Virus record (IMG/VR): IMGVR_UViG_3300027804_000039
Location: 32,001-96,000 of that record
Reading direction: 5' to 3' (one strand)
Source of the DNA: a virus
Length of the DNA: 64,000 nt
The position numbers and the translations under genes are program-made. Positions 22,851-31,211 of this stretch are shown one piece after another (within the stretch, counting starts at the first letter, position 1; every line of letters starts with the position of its first letter). Under the pieces are notes generated by a model that saw nothing but the letters and a program-made list of their open reading frames with translations, was not told the origin of the DNA and did not search any database.

Positions 22851-23540
22851 ATGGAACTCTTTACGCTCCAAGCCCTTTGGGCATTTCTCGCTATCATTTT
22901 GATAGACATTGTATTAGCCGGTGATAACGCTCTTGTTATTGGAATGGCGGCTAATAAATTACCAGATCACTTACGCAAGAAGGCAATCTTTTGGGGTACC
23001 TTTGGTGCTATTGCTATACGATTTGTATCAGTGGCGGCACTAACATATCTATTAATGATTCCAGGCCTACGTGCTATTGGTGCCGCGGCATTGATATGGA
23101 TTGGTTGGAAACTAGTATTCAATAATGAAGAACATAACATTGAAGCCAAGGATACCTTCTGGGGAGCAATTGGTACCATTGTAGTTGCTGATGCTGTTAT
23201 GGGTATAGACAACGCACTAGGTATTGCCGCAGCCGCTAACGGAAGTTTTGTTCTAGTCATTGCTGGATTACTAATCAGTGTGCCAATTATTTTGTTTGGT
23301 GCTACTATGGTCAGCAAGATTCTACAACGTTGGCCTGACACTGTATTTGTAGGATCATTTGTACTATTTGCTGTTGCCATGTTAATGTTAATGAAAGAAC
23401 CATTAATGGCTGGATGGTGGGCAGGACTTGTTCCTTGGGCCGCGGCTATCGTGCCTTGGGCAGTTGCTCTTGTTATAACATTTGTTCAGTATAACAAAGC
23501 AAGACTACATCTACATAAAAGATATTTGTTTAAGTCATAA
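22851..23540 (+). CDS. TerC/YjbE family membrane protein (putative Mn2+ exporter)
   Basis: IDIVLAGDNALVI, VADAVMGIDN, LLISVPII. Confidence 0.92.
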   Translation: MELFTLQALWAFLAIILIDIVLAGDNALVIGMAANKLPDHLRKKAIFWGTFGAIAIRFVSVAALTYLLMIPGLRAIGAAALIWIGWKLVFNNEEHNIEAKDTFWGAIGTIVVADAVMGIDNALGIAAAANGSFVLVIAGLLISVPIILFGATMVSKILQRWPDTVFVGSFVLFAVAMLMLMKEPLMAGWWAGLVPWAAAIVPWAVALVITFVQYNKARLHLHKRYLFKS

Positions 23541-23560
23541 AAAAGCCCCTTCGGGGGCTA
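23540..23560. terminator. Hairpin between convergent genes
   Basis: agcccc-ttcg-ggggct. Confidence 0.65.
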
Positions 23561-23591
23561 GCCAATAATTTATCCTATTTTACGCCATTGG

Positions 23592-24596
23592 CTAGGGCGA
23601 ATTCTTTTCTATTAAATTATCTCTAAAGATTTCCCAGGCACGTTCCCAAGTCCAACGATTGCTGCCTTCCCAAACTCTTTGTCTGTTCAACATCAGTGCA
23701 TCTTTGACTGCTTGTTTTAACTCGTCATTCATACAACCTGTAATGCCTTCGTCAACTACGTCTAATGGACCTTGACACGGATAAGCCGCAACTGGTGTGC
23801 CACAAGCCATAGCTTCTATCATAACAAGACCAAATGTTTCCCATCGGCTAGGAAATACAAATGCATCCGCTAGATTATAATAGTAGGCCAATTCAGCACC
23901 AGTTTTAAAACCTACAAATTCTACCTTAGGGTATTGTGCTTTGTATTCTTCTAGCATGGGCCCTCCGCCGACCATAATCTTTTTTGCTCCCGGATAATCT
24001 AATTCAAAAAAATCTTCTAAATTCTTTTCTTTACTAACACGACTAACACATACTAATGTGAGTTGTGTATTTCTACGATGCTGTCTTGGATAAAATACAT
24101 CACGGTCAACACCGCGAGTCCATGGAATAACATCACCATCAAATCCATGATCTCTTAACTCCTTAACCATCGTATCTGTAGTGGTCAATACTTTACCACT
24201 ATGCTTGTGGAACCATCTAACTAGAGGCCAAGTGAGACTCTCAGGTATTCCAAATAGGGCTCTAAGTCCTTCAGGGAACTTAGTATGATAAGCAGTATTG
24301 TACCTAAGATTATGTTTTGAAAGATATTTTCTAGCAGACAGACCAATAGGACCCTCTGTGGCGATGTGGATATAATCCGGACTGATCTCCTCAATCTTCT
24401 GGCCCATCTTCCTTGGATAGGCAATCTTGACTTCGTTGTAGCCAGGACAATCAAAGTAGCGGAAGTCCCCGGGAGTAATGTAAACAACGCGATAACCATC
24501 CAGAAGCGCCATAGCCTCAATGTTTTTATAGGTCGTAACCACGCCATTAATTTGCTCCGGTAAGTTGTCTGTAACTATTAAGATTGTTTTTTGCAT
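23592..24596 (-). CDS. GT4 family glycosyltransferase
   Basis: HIATEGP, YHTKFPE, ETFGLVMIEAMACGTPV. Confidence 0.92.
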   Translation of the reverse strand: MQKTILIVTDNLPEQINGVVTTYKNIEAMALLDGYRVVYITPGDFRYFDCPGYNEVKIAYPRKMGQKIEEISPDYIHIATEGPIGLSARKYLSKHNLRYNTAYHTKFPEGLRALFGIPESLTWPLVRWFHKHSGKVLTTTDTMVKELRDHGFDGDVIPWTRGVDRDVFYPRQHRRNTQLTLVCVSRVSKEKNLEDFFELDYPGAKKIMVGGGPMLEEYKAQYPKVEFVGFKTGAELAYYYNLADAFVFPSRWETFGLVMIEAMACGTPVAAYPCQGPLDVVDEGITGCMNDELKQAVKDALMLNRQRVWEGSNRWTWERAWEIFRDNLIEKNSP

Positions 24597-24617
24597 TCTG
24601 CTATTACCTTGAATGAA

Positions 24618-25502
24618 TCAAATTTTAACCAGCTCTTTATCGTTGTCCGTGCTCGTTCGCACTCCATCTGTGTTGGAAATTCCAAGGTCACTCTGCCTGG
24701 TATGTCCTTTGGATCGTTTACGTGTATTGCCAGTATTATCAGTATCCACATTATCGCTCTCCTTGGTCCAAGTTACAATTTCCCAGCGACCATCGTGATG
24801 TTCTACAAGTGCTGTACAACTTTCGACCCAGTCGCCGTCATTCATGTAGACAACGCCGTCTATTTCTTTTATTTCTGCATGATGTATGTGTCCACATATA
24901 ACACCATCAAAGCCGCGCTTTTTACAGTATGCGGCAAGATTTTTTTCAAATTGGAACATGAAGTCTACAGCTTTCTTAACTCTATGTTTAAGATACTTAC
25001 TGAGACTCCAGTAACCAAAACCTAACTTGTGTCTAATCCAATTAAACTTGCCGTTGAGCATGAGCACAAAGTCATAGGCTTTGTCACCTAAAAAAGTTAA
25101 CCAAGGTGCCAGTCTAGTAATGCCGTCAAACAAGTCGCCATGCACTACAAGATAGTGTTTGCCATCTGCACCTATGTGTTCTATTTGATTGTGTATTTCT
25201 ACTAGACCAAAACTGAAACCATACGGTATCATTGGTCTTAGGAATTCATCGTGATTGCCTGCTATGAATACAACACGGGTGCCGCGTTTGGCATGCCCTA
25301 GTACACGACGCACAACGTTAGTATGACTTTGTTTCCAGCGCCATTTGTTTTGTTGTATTTTCCAAGCGTCAATGATATCACCTACGAGATAAAGAGTGTC
25401 GCAAGTGTTGTGTTTGAGAAAATTATTGAGCTGTTCCGCCTTACAGTCTTTTGTACCTAAGTGGACGTCACTCACAAAAATACTGCGATAAGTTTTTTGC
25501 AT
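24618..25502 (-). CDS. LpxH-like UDP-2,3-diacylglucosamine hydrolase / metallophosphoesterase
   Basis: SDVHLG, GDIID, GNHD, HGD, CGHIH, NDGDWVESCTALVE. Confidence 0.88.
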   Translation of the reverse strand: MQKTYRSIFVSDVHLGTKDCKAEQLNNFLKHNTCDTLYLVGDIIDAWKIQQNKWRWKQSHTNVVRRVLGHAKRGTRVVFIAGNHDEFLRPMIPYGFSFGLVEIHNQIEHIGADGKHYLVVHGDLFDGITRLAPWLTFLGDKAYDFVLMLNGKFNWIRHKLGFGYWSLSKYLKHRVKKAVDFMFQFEKNLAAYCKKRGFDGVICGHIHHAEIKEIDGVVYMNDGDWVESCTALVEHHDGRWEIVTWTKESDNVDTDNTGNTRKRSKGHTRQSDLGISNTDGVRTSTDNDKELVKI

Positions 25503-25546
25503 AGCAATATTTATCGCAGTATAGTGTGTGTAATATTACAGTTCGA

Positions 25547-25705
25547 TTAAATCTGAACTACGGTCCAACGGTGTGTAAAATGCTTACCTTCGGCCTTGCG
25601 TTTCAAGATTTTTTGGAACTCAATTTGTTTAAGTTCTGCCATCTTCTTGGCGTCGTGGTCGACGCAAGCACGATACAGTTGAACTAGAAGTTTCTTCTGT
25701 TTCAT
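25547..25705 (-). CDS. Small hypothetical protein
   Basis: [14 protein letters not shown]..., SD CAGGAGG. Confidence 0.65.
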   Translation of the reverse strand: MKQKKLLVQLYRACVDHDAKKMAELKQIEFQKILKRKAEGKHFTHRWTVVQI

Positions 25706-25728
25706 GATTGTGTCCTCCTGAAAAATAT

Positions 25729-26517
25729 TTATGCAAAGATTTCTAAAGCTGTCCCACACTCGACACAAAACTTAGAATGAGCTTTATTTTGCTTGCCACA
25801 AGTTACACACTTTGGTTTATGTTGTACTGTGACTGGTTTAGTAACAGGTTTATTGTTGCCTAAGTCTCCAACAAGTTTCAACACAATGTTGTGTACTGTA
25901 GATTCTAGTGCGCCAACAGTTGTAGTTTGAAAACTTTGTGTTGACTTACTACCAGGAACAGTAATGCCAACTTCGTTTTGAAAACTAGCACCACTTGCTG
26001 TTACTTTAAAATTATCTGTGGATACAGAGTTAAGTGAAGCAGAGCAAGTAACTGATCCCTGTGGCCAGGCGACGTCAGATGCGCTACCACTAACACCTCG
26101 CATTACGTTACTTCCGTAAATTGGTTGATTCCAAAGTGTTTGTGAAATGTTAATGATAGGACTTGGAATTTCAAATTGGTATTCAATGCGAACAAGTCCG
26201 TCTTCTAATTTGATGCCGCGTGGGCCGTCTTCAATAGCACCGGTACGTTCAATAAATTTGAACTTGTTGCCTTCAGATAAGTTGCCGTTCTTAATCCAAC
26301 GCTCTAAGTCGATAGTCCGACCCGGGTCAATGACCAATCCGCCAGGAACGGCATTCTCGCCATCAATGTAAACATTTACGACAGCTCGAACTGTATTTAG
26401 GTTCTTGAGTAAAATGCTATATTCGCTTGCAAATGGAATATAGACTGTGTCTTTGAATTCACGAAGAATTTTGCCTTTTGATTTGATAGAGGCTACTAAC
26501 TTTTGATTAAACATCAT
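25729..26517 (-). CDS. Hypothetical protein with C-terminal zinc ribbon
   Basis: CVTCG...FCVECG. Confidence 0.75.
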   Translation of the reverse strand: MMFNQKLVASIKSKGKILREFKDTVYIPFASEYSILLKNLNTVRAVVNVYIDGENAVPGGLVIDPGRTIDLERWIKNGNLSEGNKFKFIERTGAIEDGPRGIKLEDGLVRIEYQFEIPSPIINISQTLWNQPIYGSNVMRGVSGSASDVAWPQGSVTCSASLNSVSTDNFKVTASGASFQNEVGITVPGSKSTQSFQTTTVGALESTVHNIVLKLVGDLGNNKPVTKPVTVQHKPKCVTCGKQNKAHSKFCVECGTALEIFA

Positions 26518-26593
26518 GGTTCTTCCTTTTTACGGTACACACTCTAAGTACCTAGTAATTTAAAGAGTGTTAGTGTAGGACCATCCTACAAAA

Positions 26594-26818
26594 TTATTTA
26601 GTTTCTTTGTCTAGCGTTGGAGCAACTTTAGACATTTCTTCGGGTGTTGCAAATCGCTGCGGCTCTTGTGCCCAGTGTGGCATCCATGACCAGCCCCAAG
26701 ATTTCCAATACTTGGCAACAAGATTATTAGCAATAAGAACTCCTCCGAGAATTACTAAGAACCCTATAACTGTTAAAATACTACCTGCTAGAAATACTGC
26801 TGCTTGATCCATGTCCAT
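26594..26818 (-). CDS. Small membrane protein
   Basis: N-terminal hydrophobic helix. Confidence 0.65.
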   Translation of the reverse strand: MDMDQAAVFLAGSILTVIGFLVILGGVLIANNLVAKYWKSWGWSWMPHWAQEPQRFATPEEMSKVAPTLDKETK

Positions 26819-26840
26819 GTGTGTAACGCTTTCTTAAAAG

Positions 26841-26916
26841 TGGTGCGCTGAGTGGGAATCGAACCCACGCATCTGGAGTTTTAGAGGCTCCCGCTGTTCC
26901 ATTTAGCTATCAGCGC
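26841..26916 (-). tRNA. Amber-suppressor-type tRNA (CUA anticodon)
   Basis: GCGCUGA/UCAGCGC-ACCA; GGAGC-CU-CUA-AA-ACUCC; own promoter TTGACG-17-TATAAT at 26925-26953. Confidence 0.82.
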
Positions 26917-26978
26917 ATTCGTGAATTATACTTAATAAAAAAGGGCCCGTCAAGGCCCTTTGAATGAATCTAAATATA

Positions 26979-27428
26979 TTAGAATCGATATTTTGCGCCA
27001 ACAGTAACGCGATTACCGTCAAATTGATCTACTCGATCTTGACCATATTGACGATCAACTGCTAGTCCAATACTTACTTGTTTAGTGACTGGAACAGATG
27101 CACCAACACCAACAGTTGCGGCATAGCCGTTGCTGCCGGTTTGGTTATCTAGGTATGCAACACCTAAACGTGGAGCAACAGTAACAGAACCTAGTTTGGC
27201 TACATCATAGCCTGCAACTAGACTGTAACGATCTTGATCATTACTACCAACAGTAGAACGCTCAAAGCCTGCGGTAGCATTTAGCTTACCAAAAGACTGT
27301 CCAAGGGTAATACCACCGAAGTTACGATTGTCGCCACTGTAATCACGAGTTGCAGTAACTCCGACTTCGACGGCAGAAGCTGCGGTTGCAGCCAAAGCGA
27401 TTGCTGTTGCTAAAACGATTTTTTTCAT
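26979..27428 (-). CDS. Small outer-membrane beta-barrel protein (OmpA/Ail-like)
   Basis: Signal peptide, alternating beta strands, C-terminal KYRF. Confidence 0.8.
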   Translation of the reverse strand: MKKIVLATAIALAATAASAVEVGVTATRDYSGDNRNFGGITLGQSFGKLNATAGFERSTVGSNDQDRYSLVAGYDVAKLGSVTVAPRLGVAYLDNQTGSNGYAATVGVGASVPVTKQVSIGLAVDRQYGQDRVDQFDGNRVTVGAKYRF

Positions 27429-27546
27429 ACTAAATTTTTCCTTATGTGTTTCACTGTGTGTGATGTCTTTCTATATATCTACGAAAAACACACAGCTTAG
27501 AGTATTATATATTCACGTAAACCATGAGAGCAAATTTTTTTACTCC

Positions 27547-27574
27547 AAAAAAATAGCACCCGAAGGTGCTATTT
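27547..27574 (-). terminator. Terminator after tmRNA
   Basis: aaatagcacc-cgaa-ggtgctattt plus U-tract. Confidence 0.8.
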
Positions 27575-27925
27575 GTTATTTTGGGTGACAAGGTATAACT
27601 ACCCCGGTTCCGCTGTTTCTTAGGCAGCTAAAGCAAACTTGCTGTCGTTGACAGCTACGTCTACTTCGTAGAACTTAAATGCTGATTTTGCATTTATAAG
27701 TTTTGCTTGATTTACGGTCATCGCCTACCGTGTTGCCGTCTCTACTATCTACCCCTGTCGAAACCATGGCAGGCCCATCATAAAATGACTAGGAAAACTA
27801 TAGCAACTGCGATAAATCCAACTAGTGTACTATATCCAGTGTCCATACTAATCTCCTTATGGTGGACCTGGCGGGAGTCGAACCCGCGTCCAGAAGTCCT
27901 TCGCTTTGAAGGGATTACAACAATT
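27575..27925 (-). ncRNA. ssrA: Two-piece (circularly permuted) tmRNA
   Basis: Acceptor piece ends GCGGGUUCGACUCCCGC-CAGGUCC-ACCA (27860); coding piece starts GGGCCUG (27776), giving G3:U70; tag ORF 27620-27691 AKSAFKFYEVDVAVNDSKFALAA. Confidence 0.92.
27778..27846 (-). CDS. 22-aa hydrophobic peptide inside the tmRNA intervening segment
   Basis: UAAGGAG SD; MDTGYSTLVGFIAVAIVFLVIL. Confidence 0.6.
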   Translation of the reverse strand: MDTGYSTLVGFIAVAIVFLVIL

Positions 27926-27927
27926 CT

Positions 27928-28011
27928 TTACTTACTATTGCGTCTTCTAGTAGCTTTAGCTCTAGAAGCTGCTTTCGTACGTGCCGCACGGGCTCTTACT
28001 AATCTTCCCAT
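27928..28011 (-). CDS. 27-aa Arg/Ala-rich basic peptide
   Basis: MGRLVRARAARTKAASRAKATRRRNSK. Confidence 0.5.
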   Translation of the reverse strand: MGRLVRARAARTKAASRAKATRRRNSK

Positions 28012-28012
28012 A

Positions 28013-28108
28013 TTAATCTCCGTCTGGAAACTTATCGTGCCAGTCCATGATCCACCAAACGGCGTATCCTACAACTGCTACAACGATTAGCCAAAATAAT
28101 ATTGCCAT
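28013..28108 (-). CDS. 31-aa membrane peptide
   Basis: MAILFWLIVVAVVGYAVWWIMDWHDKFPDGD. Confidence 0.5.
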   Translation of the reverse strand: MAILFWLIVVAVVGYAVWWIMDWHDKFPDGD

Positions 28109-28192
28109 ACTGTATTTAAACATTTCTAGCCCATATAGTCAAATATTTAGGCTAGATATAAATACTTTTGTCAATAAACGGGGGCGAATCGT

Positions 28193-28474
28193 ATGAGTGA
28201 CATATTTAAACTTATTGGGGATCTTGGGTTTCCCATAGCTGTAGCACTTTCGGGCGGATATTTCGTCTATCTAACAATCAAACTACTATTACAGGGCGTA
28301 CTGGGCTCAATTAACGGTATGAAGGGTATTATTATTGCCCTTGATAATCGTGTTAAAACCATGAACCACGATGTTGTACGTATTGACACAATCGTAAGTA
28401 ATGCATTGGGTTTAAAGCCCGATGTAGACCGGATTGCTAGAGCGGATGGAAAAACTGATGCAAGAAGAGACTAA
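28193..28474 (+). CDS. Membrane protein, paralog of 29101-29478
   Basis: LI..(L/Y)GFPI..A...GY...L.(N/D).(V/I)..(M/L).(H/N)D..R pattern shared. Confidence 0.75.
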   Translation: MSDIFKLIGDLGFPIAVALSGGYFVYLTIKLLLQGVLGSINGMKGIIIALDNRVKTMNHDVVRIDTIVSNALGLKPDVDRIARADGKTDARRD

Positions 28475-28628
28475 AATTTCAGAAATTGAATTGGCGATGT
28501 TAGATCAAGATGTGATTGATCTACACAATATTGCTAGAAGAATTGAACTATACGTTGGGCACGGGCAACTAAGCTCTGATCTTAGAAATGTTGCCGACCG
28601 CCTGCACAGTATATTAAAAAGGTATTGA
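28434..28628 (+). CDS. Hypothetical protein
   Basis: 64-aa ORF in + strand operon. Confidence 0.6.
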   Translation: MLERMEKLMQEETKISEIELAMLDQDVIDLHNIARRIELYVGHGQLSSDLRNVADRLHSILKRY

Positions 28629-28828
28629 TAATGTTGTACATAGACTACAACTGGGATTGCAGCCCTCGCGGGATTATCCTAGACGAAGAATTTAATAGTG
28701 ATAAGTTAGGCTGGAAAGGTGGAGATCTTTTTAAATTTATAAATGTCAACGGTAGACAAATGTTAGTTAAAGTAGATCCAGTTGAGGCATTTGCCAAAGG
28801 ACACAAAGTAAATGTTCAAGAAGAATAA
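28625..28828 (+). CDS. Hypothetical protein
   Basis: 67-aa ORF, DYNWD..P motif. Confidence 0.6.
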   Translation: MIMLYIDYNWDCSPRGIILDEEFNSDKLGWKGGDLFKFINVNGRQMLVKVDPVEAFAKGHKVNVQEE

Positions 28829-29100
28829 ATGGGACGTATGGTATGATGCTCAACCAGAGCACATTAAACGATGGATGGATCAGGATAATCCAATATGGTA
28901 TGATCGTGACATGTGGAAAGCATTTGCAGTTGGCTTATTCTTTGGAGTATTAATTGGACTTGCTATTTGAGTCTTTCATGGTGTTTTATCTTTTAGAATG
29001 TTTGGTATTGATATCAGCATTTGTTTATTACTACCATGAGCCTAAGAAAGAAGAGAAAAAAGTATGGGACCCGTGGGGTATTTGGAAGGAGACAAAATAA

Positions 29101-29478
29101 ATGGATGTAGTAGACTTAATTAACAAGTATGGTTTTCCTATAGTAATGGCTGTTGGATTAGGCTATATTATTAAGTATGTATGGGAATGGGCTACTAAAG
29201 AAGTAAAACCTGTTATCAGTGAGGCCAACACAGTTTTAGTTGCACTGATAGATCGTATTCGTATGCTAGACAATGATTTGATTCGTTTGAATCAAAAAGT
29301 CAACACAGTATTACACTTACGTGGTAAAATGATTGAAAGTGATCGTGTTATGGAAACAGTTAAAGTTGAACGCGAAGCTGCAAAACAATTTGATAAAGCT
29401 GTTCGCATGGACGATCCTAAACCTGCAAAGAAAGAAAAATCAAGCGACGATAAAGAAGCTGCCGGCGGCAGTAGTTAA
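29101..29478 (+). CDS. Membrane protein, paralog of 28193-28474
   Basis: MDVVDLINKYGFPIV..., SD GAAGGAG. Confidence 0.75.
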   Translation: MDVVDLINKYGFPIVMAVGLGYIIKYVWEWATKEVKPVISEANTVLVALIDRIRMLDNDLIRLNQKVNTVLHLRGKMIESDRVMETVKVEREAAKQFDKAVRMDDPKPAKKEKSSDDKEAAGGSS

Positions 29479-29615
29479 GAATTCACCTTAGGACCTTTGT
29501 AGTTAGGTGATGGGCGGCCACTGCCCGGGAGCTCCACGATTCGCTACCGTATCTCCCAAAAGTGGCATTTTTACGGATAAATATATGTTCACAGACACAG
29601 TTTATCGGAGAATAT

Positions 29616-30320
29616 ATGTTTACAATCTTAATCACCTTGGTAATGGTGCAAATTACCATAGCGTGTGTTACTCTATACTTACATAGAAGTCAAGCACACA
29701 GAGCAGTAACATTTCATCCTGTAGTTGCTCACTTTATGAGACTATGGTTGTGGTTAACAACTGGCATGAACACCAAGGAGTGGGTCGCTGTTCATCGCAA
29801 ACACCATCAAGCAAGCGACACTTTACACGATCCCCATAGTCCGCAAATATATGGAATTTGGACTGTATTGTTTAGTGGAGCATTTCTATATGTACAGGCA
29901 AAGAAAGATCCAGAAGTAATGAAGTTAGGAATAGGCACCCCTGACGACTGGATTGAAAATAAAGTTTATACACCCCACCCCTTTGCAGGAATTCTTTTAA
30001 TGCTGGTTATTGACCTATTGTTCTTTGGTCCTGTTGGGTTTATAGTGTGGGGTGTTCAGATGTTGTGGATTCCGTTTTGGGCGGCAGGTGTGGTTAATGG
30101 ACTAGCTCATTGGTGGGGATATCGAAACTATGATGTTGCAGATACAAGTCGTAATTTAACACCAATTGCTATTTGGATTGGCGGCGAGGAACTGCATAAT
30201 AATCATCACGGAGAAGGAGCCAGTGCCAAGTTTAGTAAAAAGTCCTGGGAGTTTGATATAGGTTGGTTTTATATTAAGATACTAGAAAAATTTAATCTAG
30301 CAACTGTTAGGAGTTCGTAG
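29616..30320 (+). CDS. Acyl-CoA/fatty acid desaturase (delta-9-like)
   Basis: His boxes HRSQAH, HRKHH, HNNHH. Confidence 0.92.
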   Translation: MFTILITLVMVQITIACVTLYLHRSQAHRAVTFHPVVAHFMRLWLWLTTGMNTKEWVAVHRKHHQASDTLHDPHSPQIYGIWTVLFSGAFLYVQAKKDPEVMKLGIGTPDDWIENKVYTPHPFAGILLMLVIDLLFFGPVGFIVWGVQMLWIPFWAAGVVNGLAHWWGYRNYDVADTSRNLTPIAIWIGGEELHNNHHGEGASAKFSKKSWEFDIGWFYIKILEKFNLATVRSS

Positions 30321-31026
30321 CAAGATAAAATGCTTCTGGAATACGTGTTTTAGTATTCTTACTATTCAATAGGACAACAATACGTTGTCCTATTTTTGTA
30401 TTCACTAGCATAACAATGCAACCACCGCTGGCCCTAATCCATCCTGTTTTGCTTACTACAAAATCATGTGTTGCAACCAGCGGATTAGTATTCTTAAACA
30501 CAAGAGTCTTTTTCTTCTGGTGTATCTTAACTTCGCTCATATTACTAGCTTGAACAATTTCTGGATAATGTTCTGCAGCACGTACTAATTTTATCAAATC
30601 ATAAGCAGTACTAGAGTTCATTACGCCCAATCCTGTTGGATCAGTAAAGTAACTGCTGATCATTCCTAATGATTTTGCCTTGGCATTCATTGCTGAAACA
30701 CAACCGTTTCTACCAGTCGGAAAGTTTCTACACAACAACTCAGATGCATGGTTATCAGAATGAACTATAGCTAATTGTATTAGTTCTCTTCTAGAATAAG
30801 GTTTAATAAATTCGTCTAAGTCTTGTCTAGCATCTAAGACAACCATAACTGTCATTAGTTTGGTTATACTGGCAATGCTACGTTGTTGATACATGTTCTC
30901 ACTTTGAATAACATGTCCGTCGGCATCTGCTACCAACCAACTAGTAGCAGTTATTTTTTCTGCCATTGCCAAAGAAGACAAAGACACCAACAGCATAGAA
31001 ATTATACATTTAATCATTATTGACAA
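30307..31026 (-). CDS. D-alanyl-D-alanine peptidase (PBP7/S11 family)
   Basis: SITK (SxxK), SDN, KTG motifs. Confidence 0.9.
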   Translation of the reverse strand: MSIMIKCIISMLLVSLSSLAMAEKITATSWLVADADGHVIQSENMYQQRSIASITKLMTVMVVLDARQDLDEFIKPYSRRELIQLAIVHSDNHASELLCRNFPTGRNGCVSAMNAKAKSLGMISSYFTDPTGLGVMNSSTAYDLIKLVRAAEHYPEIVQASNMSEVKIHQKKKTLVFKNTNPLVATHDFVVSKTGWIRASGGCIVMLVNTKIGQRIVVLLNSKNTKTRIPEAFYLATNS

Positions 31027-31211
31027 ATACTAAAAGATTTAATACCGTTAAGGCTAAACTTTTTCAAATAATCTTGCATCTCGTCGTTGTAACCAATTAG
31101 TTTAGCCGGATACATAAATTTGTATTGTAGCATAAGCCATACAGAATAGTCAATCCACCAATCAACCGGAGTATAAATCATTTTTCGTGTGCGACAAATT
31201 CGCCGTTCCAA
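31017..31211 (-). CDS. Small hypothetical protein
   Basis: ORF between cyclase and peptidase. Confidence 0.45.
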   Translation of the reverse strand: MERRICRTRKMIYTPVDWWIDYSVWLMLQYKFMYPAKLIGYNDEMQDYLKKFSLNGIKSFSICQ

